Assembly: GCA_051276975.1 (NCBI GenBank)
Contig: JBNMPR010000001.1
Location: 1 to 54,235, forward strand
Direction of reading: 5' to 3'
DNA length: 54,235 nucleotides
Source: Zhongshania aliphaticivorans
GTDB taxonomy: Bacteria > Verrucomicrobiota > Verrucomicrobiia > Opitutales > Coraliomargaritaceae
Position 1 is the first letter of the stretch. Each line of letters starts with the position of its first letter. The notes beneath the pieces were generated by a model. The model searched no databases and was not told where the DNA came from. It saw nothing but the letters and a program-made list of their open reading frames with translations. Positions 24,266 to 35,671 of the stretch are shown here, one piece after another. A program made the translations under genes and the position numbers.

Positions 24266-24357
24266 AAATTTCGCCAACCTTTCATAAGAATCGATAATCT
24301 TAAATTTGCTTACCATGAAATTTGCTTATCTAATGCATAGTTCTTAGATTGCTTACC

Positions 24358-24804
24358 ATGAACTTGGCTAACCTTGACAAAACGATTGTTGATTATCTCC
24401 AAAAATACGGGGTTCTGGCACTTCGCTTATCGCTTGCGGTGATTTTTATTTGGTTTGGTCTCTTAAAACCCATGGGCCTTAGTCCAGCGGAAGAACTGGT
24501 TAAGAATACAGTGTATTGGGTCTCTCCCGATGTATTTTTACCCATCCTCGGTTATTGGGAGGCGCTGATCGGCTTCTTCCTGCTCTGGCGTCCAACGATA
24601 CGGATTGCGCTCTTTCTACTGTTTATTCAAATGCCCGGTACAGTGCTGCCATTAATTTTGCTGCCTGAAGCCTGTTTTACACAACCGCCATTTGGGCTGA
24701 CGCTCGAAGGTCAGTACATTATAAAGAATCTTATTTTGATCAGTGCAGCCATTGTTGTCGGAGGCACTGTGAGGAGACGGTCTTCAGATGAGAAGCTGTT
24801 GTAG
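24358..24804 (+). CDS. DoxX/DUF417 (YkgB/RclC-like) membrane protein
   Basis: LRLSLAVIFIWFGLLK, SPAEELV, LGYWE, TLEGQYIIKNLILI. Confidence 0.85.
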   Translation: MNLANLDKTIVDYLQKYGVLALRLSLAVIFIWFGLLKPMGLSPAEELVKNTVYWVSPDVFLPILGYWEALIGFFLLWRPTIRIALFLLFIQMPGTVLPLILLPEACFTQPPFGLTLEGQYIIKNLILISAAIVVGGTVRRRSSDEKLL

Positions 24805-24875
24805 GCAACTTTACTGGAAATAGAGTAAAGTTCTGGTTTGAACTTCAAGCGGAAGATCGTTTTTCATAATGATAA

Positions 24876-25478
24876 ATGGAAATCTCAGCAGCCTATGCAC
24901 GCGAGTTGGAAAAACAAAAGCAGCGCAAAGCAGCCCATAAGGCTGAGTGCACTGCTGCGCTGGAAGGCGTCGAGCGCGTCGTTTTCGAGGCGGGGTGTGG
25001 CCATGGTCACTGGCTAACGAGTTATGCGGAGCAATATAGTGAGCAGACGTGTGTGGGGATTGATCTAATCGCGGGCCGTATCCGAAAAAGCCAGCAAAAG
25101 CGTAACAAGCACCGATTGGATAACTTGCATTTTTTCAAGGTGGAGCTTTTGGAGTTTCTAGAAGAATTGCCAGAGCAGATACGCTTTGATATGACGATGC
25201 TGCTGTTTCCAGATCCCTGGCCAAAGGCAAGACATCATCGGCGAAGGATGGTACAGTCTGGATTTTTGGACGAGGTAGCCAATCGTACCGATCCAGGAGG
25301 GTGTTTCTGCTTTCGCTCAGACGATGTTCCTTATTACGAGTGGACCGTAGAGCATCTGGAAGCGCATCCTAAATGGGAGATTGATGACTCGATCAAATGG
25401 CCTCACGAGACTGAAACCTATTTCCAAGAGATGATGGATTCGTATCAGTCGGTAATTGCTCGGCGCGTAAAGCATTGA
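24876..25478 (+). CDS. trmB: tRNA (guanine-N7)-methyltransferase TrmB
   Basis: EAGCGHG SAM motif, [19 protein letters not shown]. Confidence 0.92.
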   Translation: MEISAAYARELEKQKQRKAAHKAECTAALEGVERVVFEAGCGHGHWLTSYAEQYSEQTCVGIDLIAGRIRKSQQKRNKHRLDNLHFFKVELLEFLEELPEQIRFDMTMLLFPDPWPKARHHRRRMVQSGFLDEVANRTDPGGCFCFRSDDVPYYEWTVEHLEAHPKWEIDDSIKWPHETETYFQEMMDSYQSVIARRVKH

Positions 25479-25534
25479 AAACTAGATGTTTTCTAACGGA
25501 TTCGAAGGTAGGTTTCGTAACACTACTTAAAAAT

Positions 25535-25996
25535 TCATTTTCCGAAGATGCTAGGGTCAATGCTTCCGGGGAAAATTAGTGCATATAGGAATGTAATAAA
25601 AAATGATATGACTAAAATATAAAAGAAATGCATTACCAGAGAGGTAACTGCTTGCAGTACCGAAGTCTGAATATCCGTTGCGTACGTTAACGTGATTTTC
25701 CGTGCAAAAACTGTAATGATTATTACTAACGCAAAGGTAAGTAATATTAAAGAGTTGAGTTCAGTTGGAAGGTTGACAGCTGTTGATCTGAATATCCCAT
25801 ATACGGCTAAAGAGAGCACTGCGCTTACTGCCAACTCAATGAAAAAGGCGCCTAATGCTTTAAATATACTTGGGAATAAATCATACATTCCTTTGGTCGA
25901 AACTAGGTATGCCGCCAAAGAAATAACTGTGTAAACTAATAAGAGTATTATTGTTTCAAGTGTATTAAGCTCTTCGGGATTCAGGATATTTTCCAT
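25535..25996 (-). CDS. Hypothetical membrane protein (~4 TM)
   Basis: 153-aa ORF with four hydrophobic segments; AT-rich. Confidence 0.7.
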   Translation of the reverse strand: MENILNPEELNTLETIILLLVYTVISLAAYLVSTKGMYDLFPSIFKALGAFFIELAVSAVLSLAVYGIFRSTAVNLPTELNSLILLTFALVIIITVFARKITLTYATDIQTSVLQAVTSLVMHFFYILVISFFITFLYALIFPGSIDPSIFGK

Positions 25997-26165
25997 TTTA
26001 CGAGGTATCTGTTGAAGTTTACTGAGGCCATCATTTCAACAATTTACTGAAAAGATGTATGCTGGATTTTAATGTTAGTTATTAGACTTATGTTTTAATA
26101 TTCGTCGAGATAAAAGTCTTATCCGTATGGAATTTTGACTGGTTTAAACTGAACACCCCTACGGT

Positions 26166-26399
26166 TCAAACGATGTCCATCCAGATAATTAAAAATAACT
26201 GGGAAAGAATGGCAACGCCTAGAAGGCTGTAAGCGAAAATCATGAAGAAATCTGTCGCAAACCTGCGCTCGCGACTTGATTTTGGCAGCTTTTTGAACCG
26301 AGATGTTTTGCCAGAATGGTCTGTTCTGGAAAAGTTCGCTTTGCCTTTGCGATCACGCAAATGAGTGATGCGGTCAGTAAGGTTGTCTGGACTACTCAT
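26166..26399 (-). CDS. Small hypothetical protein with C-terminal TM helix
   Basis: Basic N-terminus, FFMIFAYSLLGVAILSQLFLIIW tail. Confidence 0.65.
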   Translation of the reverse strand: MSSPDNLTDRITHLRDRKGKANFSRTDHSGKTSRFKKLPKSSRERRFATDFFMIFAYSLLGVAILSQLFLIIWMDIV

Positions 26400-26704
26400 A
26401 GAATCAGGATAAGAAAGTATAAATTAGGAGTCAGGCCTTGGACTTTTCAAGCCCAGAATAAAACAGAATTCAAATCGAGGGCGTTATTGGGATCTGTCGA
26501 ATGCGCTAACCGTCACAAGGCAGGTATTCGCTCGGGGCGGTATTGCGTTCCCTGAAGGTTAGAAAGGTTAGGTCAAGTCGATGAAATTGATAAGTTTTAC
26601 TAATCCTGGGAAAGTTAAGGTCATTCAAGGGTTGACGTCATCGGATTGCAGCTACATCTGTCTCTTCTTTAAAATATTTAGCTTTAGTTGACTCTCAGTT
26701 TTCG

Positions 26705-27550
26705 GTGAAAAAAATACTGCCAACATTTATCTTTCTTTTCGGAATTGCCACATCCCTGTCAGCGGCAGGGGATGGTGTCAGTGCATCACCGTACAAGCTA
26801 AACGAATGGTTGGGTCTGCCGATCACAAACTCAATGGTGACTACCTGGGTGATTTCCATAGCATTCATTTTGGTAATTCGGTTTGCGGTAGGTTCGCCCA
26901 AGTTAATCCCTGGTAAAGGGCAGGCGGTTGTTGAAAGTATGATTGAAGGTTTGCGCGATCTTCTTGAACCAATCGTTGGTAGAAAAGCGTTCCCTATGTC
27001 ATTCCCACTTTTGATTGGATTGTTTATATACATAATGCTTCACAATTGGAGCGGACTGCTTCCTGGTGTGGGTTCATTTGGACACCTTGACGAGCATGGG
27101 CACTTTAAATACTGGATGCGTCCTGCAAATGCAGATCTAAATTCAACATTGGGTATGGCACTGGTCGCTATGATCGCATGGCTATTTATTAGTCTTAAGA
27201 TTTCCGGCCCCAAGTTTTTCATTTGGGAGCTTTTTGGAAACAAAGCCGACAAAAAGGAAACACCTAAACTAATATACATATTTCTGATCCCAATTTTTCT
27301 CATGGTCGGTGTGATCGAGGTTATCTCAATTGTGTTTCGCCCAGTTTCACTTTCTTTCCGACTCTATGGTAATGTCTTCGGAGGTGAAAACTTGATAACC
27401 AGTATGACCGGCATGGCTCCGTACATCGTGCCGATCCCATTTTACCTTTACGAAGTTTTGGTGGGTGTTGTACAGGCGCTGATTTTTACCTTGCTGGTTG
27501 CCATTTACATCGGACTTATGACGAACCACGACGAGGAACACGCACACTAA
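26705..27550 (+). CDS. atpB: F0 ATP synthase subunit a
   Basis: [42 protein letters not shown]; GTG start; signal-like N-terminus. Confidence 0.97.
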   Translation: MKKILPTFIFLFGIATSLSAAGDGVSASPYKLNEWLGLPITNSMVTTWVISIAFILVIRFAVGSPKLIPGKGQAVVESMIEGLRDLLEPIVGRKAFPMSFPLLIGLFIYIMLHNWSGLLPGVGSFGHLDEHGHFKYWMRPANADLNSTLGMALVAMIAWLFISLKISGPKFFIWELFGNKADKKETPKLIYIFLIPIFLMVGVIEVISIVFRPVSLSFRLYGNVFGGENLITSMTGMAPYIVPIPFYLYEVLVGVVQALIFTLLVAIYIGLMTNHDEEHAH

Positions 27551-27632
27551 ACTTTAGACACTTTCAGTGTTGGGACCATGCAATAGATCGTGGACGACAC
27601 AGAAAACCACTAACTACAAAACAATAATCATC

Positions 27633-27839
27633 ATGTTTAACATTCTAGCAGAAATCTCAGGTAACCTGAATGTAGCGTTTGCTACACTGGCAATTCCCAT
27701 TGCAATTAGCCTTATTGGTTACAAAGCGTGCGAATCCGTAGGCCGCAACCCGGAAGCTTCAACAAAAATCCTTGTTCAGTCGATTATTGCTATGGCGTTT
27801 GCCGAAGCGATTGTCTTCTTTGCTATCTTCCTTGGATAG
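27633..27839 (+). CDS. atpE: F0 ATP synthase subunit c
   Basis: Helical hairpin with VGRNPEAS loop and ion-binding Glu in AFAEAI; start ATG 27633. Confidence 0.96.
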   Translation: MFNILAEISGNLNVAFATLAIPIAISLIGYKACESVGRNPEASTKILVQSIIAMAFAEAIVFFAIFLG

Positions 27840-27857
27840 TTTAGAGACTTAATTATT

Positions 27858-27888
27858 TGTGCCGGCGGTCTAAACGGATCGTCGGCAT
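27858..27888 (+). promoter_or_regulatory. Stem-loop after atpE (likely mRNA stabiliser or partial terminator)
   Basis: TGTGCCGGCGGTC...GATCGTCGGCATA. Confidence 0.55.
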
Positions 27889-27924
27889 ATCCTCATCTTT
27901 TTCCAACATGGTTTTCTCCGTCAA

Positions 27925-28584
27925 ATGAAGACAAAACTCATCATCGTATTGTTAGCATTATTATCGCCATTGAGTTTCATCAATGGTGGAGATGAACAAA
28001 ATGTTGCTCATGAAGGGCACTCTAGTTCAAATCTTGAACACGCTGAAGAAGGGGCGGTTACAAAGGATAGTAAATTAAAAATGATCACCGAGAAGTTTGG
28101 TGTATCGCTATCCACGCTCATTCCCCAGATGGTTAATTTCATTCTGGTTGCACTGGCACTTTACTATTTAGCAGTCAAACCAGTCGCCAAGACACTCGAT
28201 GAACGTCAGCAAAAGATTGCCGATGGACTTCAATATGCCGAGGAGATGAAGGTACAGCTTGCTGAGGCAGAGTATGAACGTGCTGAGAAGATCAAGCAGG
28301 CTGCCGAAGATGCGCAGAAGATCCTGGCAGAAGCGCGTGAGCAGTCGAAAGAGATGATTGAGAAAAAGACGCAAGAAGCAGCTGCCCAAGCTGAAGCAAT
28401 GATTCGAAAAGCGAGCGAAGCAACCGAGATGGACCGCAAGAAGATGCTCTCGGATGTTCGCAAAGAGGTCGCCAGACTGGTCGTCTCAACATCATCCAAA
28501 GTGCTTTCCCGCGATCTTTCCGATGCAGAGAAGCAAACATTTTCAGAGTCGGCTACTAAAGAGCTGGTAGGTTCTGAAAGCTAA
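27925..28584 (+). CDS. atpF: F0 ATP synthase subunit b (N-terminally extended)
   Basis: QMVNFILV...[18 protein letters not shown] coiled coil. Confidence 0.96.
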   Translation: MKTKLIIVLLALLSPLSFINGGDEQNVAHEGHSSSNLEHAEEGAVTKDSKLKMITEKFGVSLSTLIPQMVNFILVALALYYLAVKPVAKTLDERQQKIADGLQYAEEMKVQLAEAEYERAEKIKQAAEDAQKILAEAREQSKEMIEKKTQEAAAQAEAMIRKASEATEMDRKKMLSDVRKEVARLVVSTSSKVLSRDLSDAEKQTFSESATKELVGSES

Positions 28585-28605
28585 ATAACTGGACTTTTTA
28601 CTTAG

Positions 28606-29001
28606 ATGAAGCGCGACAAAAAAATTGCCCAACTTGCCAGAAAGCTGGTCGAGCTTTCAAAAGAGGGTGGAGTGGTGACTGAGCCCAAAGTCAACGAAGT
28701 CCTCGCGGGTCTGAAGCAAGTGCAACACAGACGTTATCTCACTGTTCTCAAAACATTTCTTACTTATATCCGCCGTGAGATTGCCCTACAGACTGCGGTC
28801 GTCTCGACTCCATTAACATTGAGCGAGGACAGCCTTAAGGCCATCGAAGCGCATTTCATCAAATTATACGACCGTCCGATCAAAGCAATCACTCAAACCG
28901 ATACTTCTCTTGTTGCCGGGGTGCGCGTTCGCGTCGGTGATGATATATACGATGCCTCAGTTGCCGGGCGACTTCAGCGCCTTGCAGAAAACGTTAATTA
29001 A
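28606..29001 (+). CDS. atpH: F1 ATP synthase subunit delta (short form)
   Basis: DTSLVAGVRVRVGDDIYDASVAGRL; operon position. Confidence 0.93.
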   Translation: MKRDKKIAQLARKLVELSKEGGVVTEPKVNEVLAGLKQVQHRRYLTVLKTFLTYIRREIALQTAVVSTPLTLSEDSLKAIEAHFIKLYDRPIKAITQTDTSLVAGVRVRVGDDIYDASVAGRLQRLAENVN

Positions 29002-29032
29002 AACTTTTATATCTTTCTAACTTTAGTTTCAT

Positions 29033-30577
29033 ATGAGCTCTATAGTCGAACAAATCGAAAATGAAATCGCCAGTTTTCAGGCGGGTACTATCAAATCCAA
29101 TACCGGCAAGATTGTCGCTATCGCCGATGGCGTTGCCAAGCTAGAAGGCTTGTCCGGCGTTATGTATAACGAGATGGTTGATTTTGGCAAAGGCGTCTTT
29201 GGCCTGGCACTGAATCTTGAAGCAGACGAAGTCGGATGTGTCATCCTCGGGGATTATTCCAAACTGAAGGAAGGCGATGAGGCGACGACAACGGGTAAGC
29301 TGCTTTCCGTCCCCGTTGGTAAAGGTCTGCTAGGTCGCGTCGTGGACGCGATTGGCAATCCGATCGACGGTAAAGGACCAATTAATTCGAGCGAAACCTA
29401 TCCTGTCGACCAGATTGCTCCAGGCATCATTCCGCGTAAATCCGTGGATCAGCCGATGCAGACTGGTATTATGGCAGTGGATTCGATGATTCCTATCGGC
29501 CGTGGGCAACGTGAGCTTATTATTGGTGATCGCTCCACAGGTAAAACCACCATTGCGATCGATACCATCATCAATCAGGCGAAGATTAATAATCAGCACC
29601 GCAATAAAGATGGGTCGTTTGAAGAAGGTTTTCGTCCGGTGTACTCCATCTACGTCGCAGTCGGGCAGAAGAACTCCAACATAGCCCGTACGATTAACGT
29701 CCTCGAAAAATCCGGTGCGATGGAATACACAATTATCGTCGCGGCTTCCGCCGGAGATAATCCAGCCAATCAGTACATCGCCCCGTTCTCGGGCGCGTCC
29801 ATGGGTGAGTTTTTCATGAGAAATGGCATGGATGCATTAATCGTTTACGATGATCTTTCCAAGCAAGCGGTAGCCTATCGACAAATTTCACTGATCCTTA
29901 AGCGTCCCTCTGGTCGTGAAGCGTATCCTGGTGACGTATTTTATCTGCATTCACGTTTGCTGGAGCGCTCTGCTCGGCTGAACGAAGATAACGGTAATGG
30001 TTCGCTCACAGCATTGCCAATTATTGAAACCCAGGCCGGCGACGTCTCCGCTTACATTCCTACAAATGTGATTTCGATTACAGACGGACAGATTTTCCTC
30101 GAAACCGATTTGTTCAATCAGGGCATTCGTCCGGCGGTATCAGTTGGTCTTTCTGTTTCTCGTGTCGGTTCGGCAGCACAGATTAAGGCGATCAAGAAAG
30201 TGGCCGGTAAGGTAAAGCTGCAATTAGCTCAATTCCGAGAGCTCGCTGCGTTTGCTCAGTTTGGCTCGGATCTTGATGCAAAAACAAAAGCACAGCTTGA
30301 GCGTGGTTCTCGCGTGGTTGAATTATTTAAGCAAACTGCATTCAATCCAATCCCGGTCGAAGTACAGTCTTCACTGATCTGGGCGGTACAGAATGGTTTC
30401 TTCGATAAGATTGAGGTCGCCAAAATTGTCCAGGCAACCTCCCGCCTGCGTGAGTTTTTTGAGACCCGCGGTGTGAGTCTGATGGATACGATTCGTTCAG
30501 AAAAGGCAATCAGCGACGAAACAGAGGCAGCTTTGAAATCAATCCTTGAAGAGTGGCAGGCAGGTTTTTCTGCTTAA
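29033..30577 (+). CDS. atpA: F1 ATP synthase subunit alpha
   Basis: [27 protein letters not shown]. Confidence 0.99.
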   Translation: MSSIVEQIENEIASFQAGTIKSNTGKIVAIADGVAKLEGLSGVMYNEMVDFGKGVFGLALNLEADEVGCVILGDYSKLKEGDEATTTGKLLSVPVGKGLLGRVVDAIGNPIDGKGPINSSETYPVDQIAPGIIPRKSVDQPMQTGIMAVDSMIPIGRGQRELIIGDRSTGKTTIAIDTIINQAKINNQHRNKDGSFEEGFRPVYSIYVAVGQKNSNIARTINVLEKSGAMEYTIIVAASAGDNPANQYIAPFSGASMGEFFMRNGMDALIVYDDLSKQAVAYRQISLILKRPSGREAYPGDVFYLHSRLLERSARLNEDNGNGSLTALPIIETQAGDVSAYIPTNVISITDGQIFLETDLFNQGIRPAVSVGLSVSRVGSAAQIKAIKKVAGKVKLQLAQFRELAAFAQFGSDLDAKTKAQLERGSRVVELFKQTAFNPIPVEVQSSLIWAVQNGFFDKIEVAKIVQATSRLREFFETRGVSLMDTIRSEKAISDETEAALKSILEEWQAGFSA

Positions 30578-30612
30578 GGGACCAAAACACTAGGCTCTAA
30601 TTATTAAGTAAC

Positions 30613-31506
30613 ATGGCAAACCTTCGTGACATCCGTCGCCGCATCAAGTCGGTTAAGAATACCCGGCAGATTACACGTGCGATGCAGTTGGTTTCATCTT
30701 CCAAGATGAAGCGTGCTCAGGATGCTGCTGTAGCAGGTCGTCCCTATGCATTATTGCTTGCCGACTTACTGGACACTGTGGGTGAAAAGTTGGACTTCGC
30801 CGATACTACGATCCAGCATCCTTTTTTTGAAAAGCGCGAGGTCAACACACGCGGGATTTTAGTCTTGTCGACCGATAAGGGGCTTTGTGGTCCGTTGAAT
30901 ACCAATCTCTTTCGCAAAATCGTGGACGAAGTGAAGAGCGAGGCCAAGTTTGTCACGGTTGGCCGCAAAGCAAGGCAATTTATTTCTCGCTCAAAACGTA
31001 ACCTGTTTGCAGATTTCACGATCTCCGACAAGGTAGCGTTTACTGAGATACGTCCGATGCTGAAGCTACTGATTGATGCTTACAAAAGCGGCGAAATTGA
31101 TACGATCGAGATAGCGTATCCAAGCTTTGTGAATGTACTCATCCAAGAGCCGGTGTTGCAACCGCTTCTGCCGATCTTAGATTTACGAGAAGTGCTCGAT
31201 CAGCTAAAAAAACGCGTTGCAAATTTCCCCTCTCTTGAAGCACGCAATGACTCCCGCGAAATGTTATTCGAGCCATCTGCTGAAGCAGTATTGGATGCAT
31301 TGCCTGATCTGTACGTAAAAGTCATCGTTCACCAACTGCTACTCGAAAGCCGCGCCGCAGAGCACAGTGGACGTATGGTTGCGATGAAGGCAGCCACTGA
31401 TAATGCATCGACACTCGTCGATGATCTTACTCTCGATTATAACAAAGCCCGTCAGGCAGCAATTACCCAAGAAATTCTTGAAATAGCTGCGGCAGCGGCC
31501 AACTAA
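30613..31506 (+). CDS. atpG: F1 ATP synthase subunit gamma
   Basis: [39 protein letters not shown]. Confidence 0.99.
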   Translation: MANLRDIRRRIKSVKNTRQITRAMQLVSSSKMKRAQDAAVAGRPYALLLADLLDTVGEKLDFADTTIQHPFFEKREVNTRGILVLSTDKGLCGPLNTNLFRKIVDEVKSEAKFVTVGRKARQFISRSKRNLFADFTISDKVAFTEIRPMLKLLIDAYKSGEIDTIEIAYPSFVNVLIQEPVLQPLLPILDLREVLDQLKKRVANFPSLEARNDSREMLFEPSAEAVLDALPDLYVKVIVHQLLLESRAAEHSGRMVAMKAATDNASTLVDDLTLDYNKARQAAITQEILEIAAAAAN

Positions 31507-31536
31507 CTTTATTAAAATAACAAACTTCATTTATAA

Positions 31537-32961
<1,425 letters not shown>

Positions 32962-32963
32962 AC

Positions 32964-33371
32964 ATGCTTACGCTTGAGATCATCACACCTGACGAAAAAG
33001 TACTCAGTACGAAAGCGGATCAGGTGGTACTGCCCACCGAGTCCGGTGAAACGGGTATTTTGTCCGGTCACATCCCGATGGTGACTAAAATAGTTGCCGG
33101 TGAGCTTAAACTAATAAAAGAAGGTCAGGCTGAGTTCATTGCCGTCGATCATGGATTTGCCAAAATTCTGGGCAACACAGTCTCGGTGCTTACCGAGGCA
33201 GCTGTTGACGTTAAGGATATTAATTTGTCTGAAGTGGAATCCGCCCAGGCTCGCGCTGAAGAAGCCTTGAAGATTGCAGCAAGTGAAGGACATGATCCAA
33301 CCGAACTGGAACGGCTCGAATCGAATGTTCGCTATCTGATCGCCCAGAAGCTTGCCAAGGGACGTCGTTAG
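32964..33371 (+). CDS. atpC: F1 ATP synthase subunit epsilon
   Basis: LEIITPD, GETGILSGHIP, VSVLTEAA. Confidence 0.97.
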   Translation: MLTLEIITPDEKVLSTKADQVVLPTESGETGILSGHIPMVTKIVAGELKLIKEGQAEFIAVDHGFAKILGNTVSVLTEAAVDVKDINLSEVESAQARAEEALKIAASEGHDPTELERLESNVRYLIAQKLAKGRR

Positions 33372-33428
33372 TCGTCGTAGTGCTGTAGCGTTTAGCTAAG
33401 CCTATTATTGCTTGAACAATTTGAAAAT

Positions 33429-33494
33429 GTAGAAGTGGCATCTTGCCGCTTTCCGGATTTAGGCTTGGAACAAGCGGCAAGATGCCGCTTCTAC
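33429..33494. repeat. GTAG-type REP doublet (REPIN)
   Basis: GTAGAAGTGGCATCTTGCCGCTT-N20-AAGCGGCAAGATGCCGCTTCTAC; 23-bp arms with 1 mismatch; each arm internally palindromic. Confidence 0.85.
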
Positions 33495-33700
33495 TACAAA
33501 TTCATTGAACACAATAGCATTAAAATGAACTGGCGCTTTTGTCTTCAATGAGTTCTCAGCTATAGGTACTTGTACGGGTAAGACTTTGAAACCTTCAGGC
33601 TGCGCTTCGGATAGTGTTTCAACCACTGTTGATGACAGAGAGCGTTTGCTAAAGCTGTACGCTACGAAGATCCAATCGATACAAGGTTGCTCGTATACCG

Positions 33701-34684
33701 CTAACTTTTATCAGGCTGAGTAATCAGTACGCGTGTCTGTAATCCCATGAGATATTCAGAGAATTCATCAGATTCAGGCGTACTGCGTAGCACGCGTTGC
33801 ACCATTCCCATTTTAGCGTCGAGATTGTCGATCATCGAGACAAAGACAGCTTCAGGTGTAGCAGCCATCGCAGCAGCTCCCCAGGCTTTTTCACCTTGAT
33901 GGCTGAGAACAATGTGCTCCAACCGTTCGGTAAGATCAGTGTTCAGTTTTGATTGAATTGCAGCTTTTCGGACAGTGCGAAAACCAAGCACGACATGGCC
34001 TTGCAGCGTGCCGATGCGGCTGACTTTTGTAGCAAAGTTACCTTCGTATTCTTCCAGTTTACCAACGTCATGGAGGATGATTCCCGCGATCGCTAGATCA
34101 GAATCCACTTCCGGGTACAGTGGCAGCAAGGCACGACAGGCTCGCACCATATGTGCTGTATGCTCCAGTAGTCCATGCCGGTATGCATGATGCATGCTAA
34201 TAGCAGCAGCCCGAACCCGGAAAGCCTTTTCCGTTTCATCCAGTACGCGTTGAACCGTTTCTTTGATGGCGTTATGTCCTATTGCTTCAACAGCTTCCTG
34301 GATATGCGCCCAGAGCTCGTCTTCAGACTCCGGCGGCACTTCGACTAGTTGGTCAAGCATGCCTTCTGCTTCGGCCTCAGTTGCTTCGATCGCCTCAATT
34401 GCTTGGATCCGAGGTGAAAAGCGTTCCTGATAATAGTCAGTTTTTCCAGCAAGGCGTACAATGGAGCCTTCCTCGACATCCTTAAGTGCATTAAACACAT
34501 CCGAATCGCTGAAACAGTTGGCATTGAAACGACCACTGCGATCACCAAATTCAAGGCTGAGGAATGGATTGCCGTTCTTGGCTACTTTTGGCGTTTTTTT
34601 CAGCAATATGAGGATGCAGCGAAACGGGACAGCCAGGTTTGCATCAATCCCTTTAACTTCCTGAACGGTTTTATAGTCAGACAT
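33701..34684 (-). CDS. YhaM/Cbf1-like 3'-5' exoribonuclease (OB fold + HD domain)
   Basis: KNGNPFLSLEFGDRSG OB fold; AAISMHHAYRHGLLEH, LHDVGKLEEY, HIVLSHQG, IDNLDAKM. Confidence 0.9.
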   Translation of the reverse strand: MSDYKTVQEVKGIDANLAVPFRCILILLKKTPKVAKNGNPFLSLEFGDRSGRFNANCFSDSDVFNALKDVEEGSIVRLAGKTDYYQERFSPRIQAIEAIEATEAEAEGMLDQLVEVPPESEDELWAHIQEAVEAIGHNAIKETVQRVLDETEKAFRVRAAAISMHHAYRHGLLEHTAHMVRACRALLPLYPEVDSDLAIAGIILHDVGKLEEYEGNFATKVSRIGTLQGHVVLGFRTVRKAAIQSKLNTDLTERLEHIVLSHQGEKAWGAAAMAATPEAVFVSMIDNLDAKMGMVQRVLRSTPESDEFSEYLMGLQTRVLITQPDKS

Positions 34685-34746
34685 AGTTCAACCAATGTTA
34701 ACTATAGCTAAAACTGTAAAGCAGGGAATCTATCTTTAGATTGGAT

Positions 34747-35040
34747 TCACTTCTGTTTTTTCCCCTGTATTCTACGAAAGAATATGCCGACCTTACCAAT
34801 GCCACCAACATATTCACAGTCGAGTTTTGCAGGAATTTTAGTGATGTGATCCTCTATGACTGTTCGCTCTGCTTCAAAGCGGACTTTGATCAATTCGTTT
34901 TTCAAAAGTGCAGTGTCGATCTCTGCCAGGACAGCTTCAGTCAGGCCTTGTTTACCGAGATGTACATGCGGTTTTAAACGCTGAGCGACTCCACGAAGCT
35001 CTTTCTTCTCGGCACTGGTAAGTGGTTGGCTTTCTTCCAT
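34747..35040 (-). CDS. yhbY: YhbY/CRM-domain RNA-binding protein
   Basis: LTSAEKKELRGVAQRLKPHVHLGKQGLT, NELIKVRF, IGKVGIFFR. Confidence 0.92.
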   Translation of the reverse strand: MEESQPLTSAEKKELRGVAQRLKPHVHLGKQGLTEAVLAEIDTALLKNELIKVRFEAERTVIEDHITKIPAKLDCEYVGGIGKVGIFFRRIQGKKQK

Positions 35041-35169
35041 TTTTCTTCTGTTGTGATTTGGTGTTTCTAATAAAAGTCTAAAAAATAACTGTCAGAAAAG
35101 AAGATTAAACGCAGGTCTCCCCATAAAATAATCGTCTAATAAACTTTAGTAGCGTCAACTTGACCTGAC

Positions 35170-35488
35170 AGATAGGGTTGTTTCGGGCTTATCTCGGTCA
35201 GAGTGGCAAACCTTCACTATGCGTATTATTTACTAATCCTCATAGATCTCGTAAACGATCCGATATGGAGCAAGGATTAACTTTCTGATTTTCCCTATCC
35301 GTTCTTCTCGGATAATACGTACGAGCCGAGGATCTACTGATAAGACTTTAATCGAGTCGTATAATCTTGAGTCTAAATCTTTCTGCATTCGTCGAGTCAT
35401 CTATGGCTATAGAGCAAACAGCCCACTCTAGATCATCGTACCCAGATTCTATTTAGTCTAGCGGGTAAGCAATACCTGGGAATTCCAT
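35170..35488 (-). pseudogene. Degraded ParE/RelE-family toxin gene
   Basis: Across frameshifts: MEF-QVLLT..ESGYDDLEWAVCSIAIDDSTNAERFRLK-LYDSIKVLSVDPRLVRIIREERIGKIRKLILAPYRIVYEIYED**IIRIVKVCHSDRDKPE. Confidence 0.75.
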
Positions 35489-35671
35489 GATGCGAATTTT
35501 CAGGTATTTCTAAAAAAACATTTCTTTTTACAAATAGGGGGTTGACGAACTGAAATTCACTCTCTTTTTTCTTTCGTTCGTCTCAGACTCTTGAGACTCA
35601 ACAATTTCTTTTAAACCGCTAACGCAGGTTTCTTTTAAACGGAGTATCCACTTCACCTGCCAATTAGTATT

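Noticed and set aside
26632-26660. GTTGACG upstream of the atp operon, also seen before the tuf and rplC operons, as a special shared regulator site
   Set aside because: Most simply ordinary -35 boxes with weak -10 elements; not distinguishable from sigma70 promoters without TSS data.
28606-29001. Short atpH as a possible truncated pseudogene
   Set aside because: Intact ORF with a conserved C-terminal domain; short delta subunits are, to my knowledge, normal in Verrucomicrobiota.
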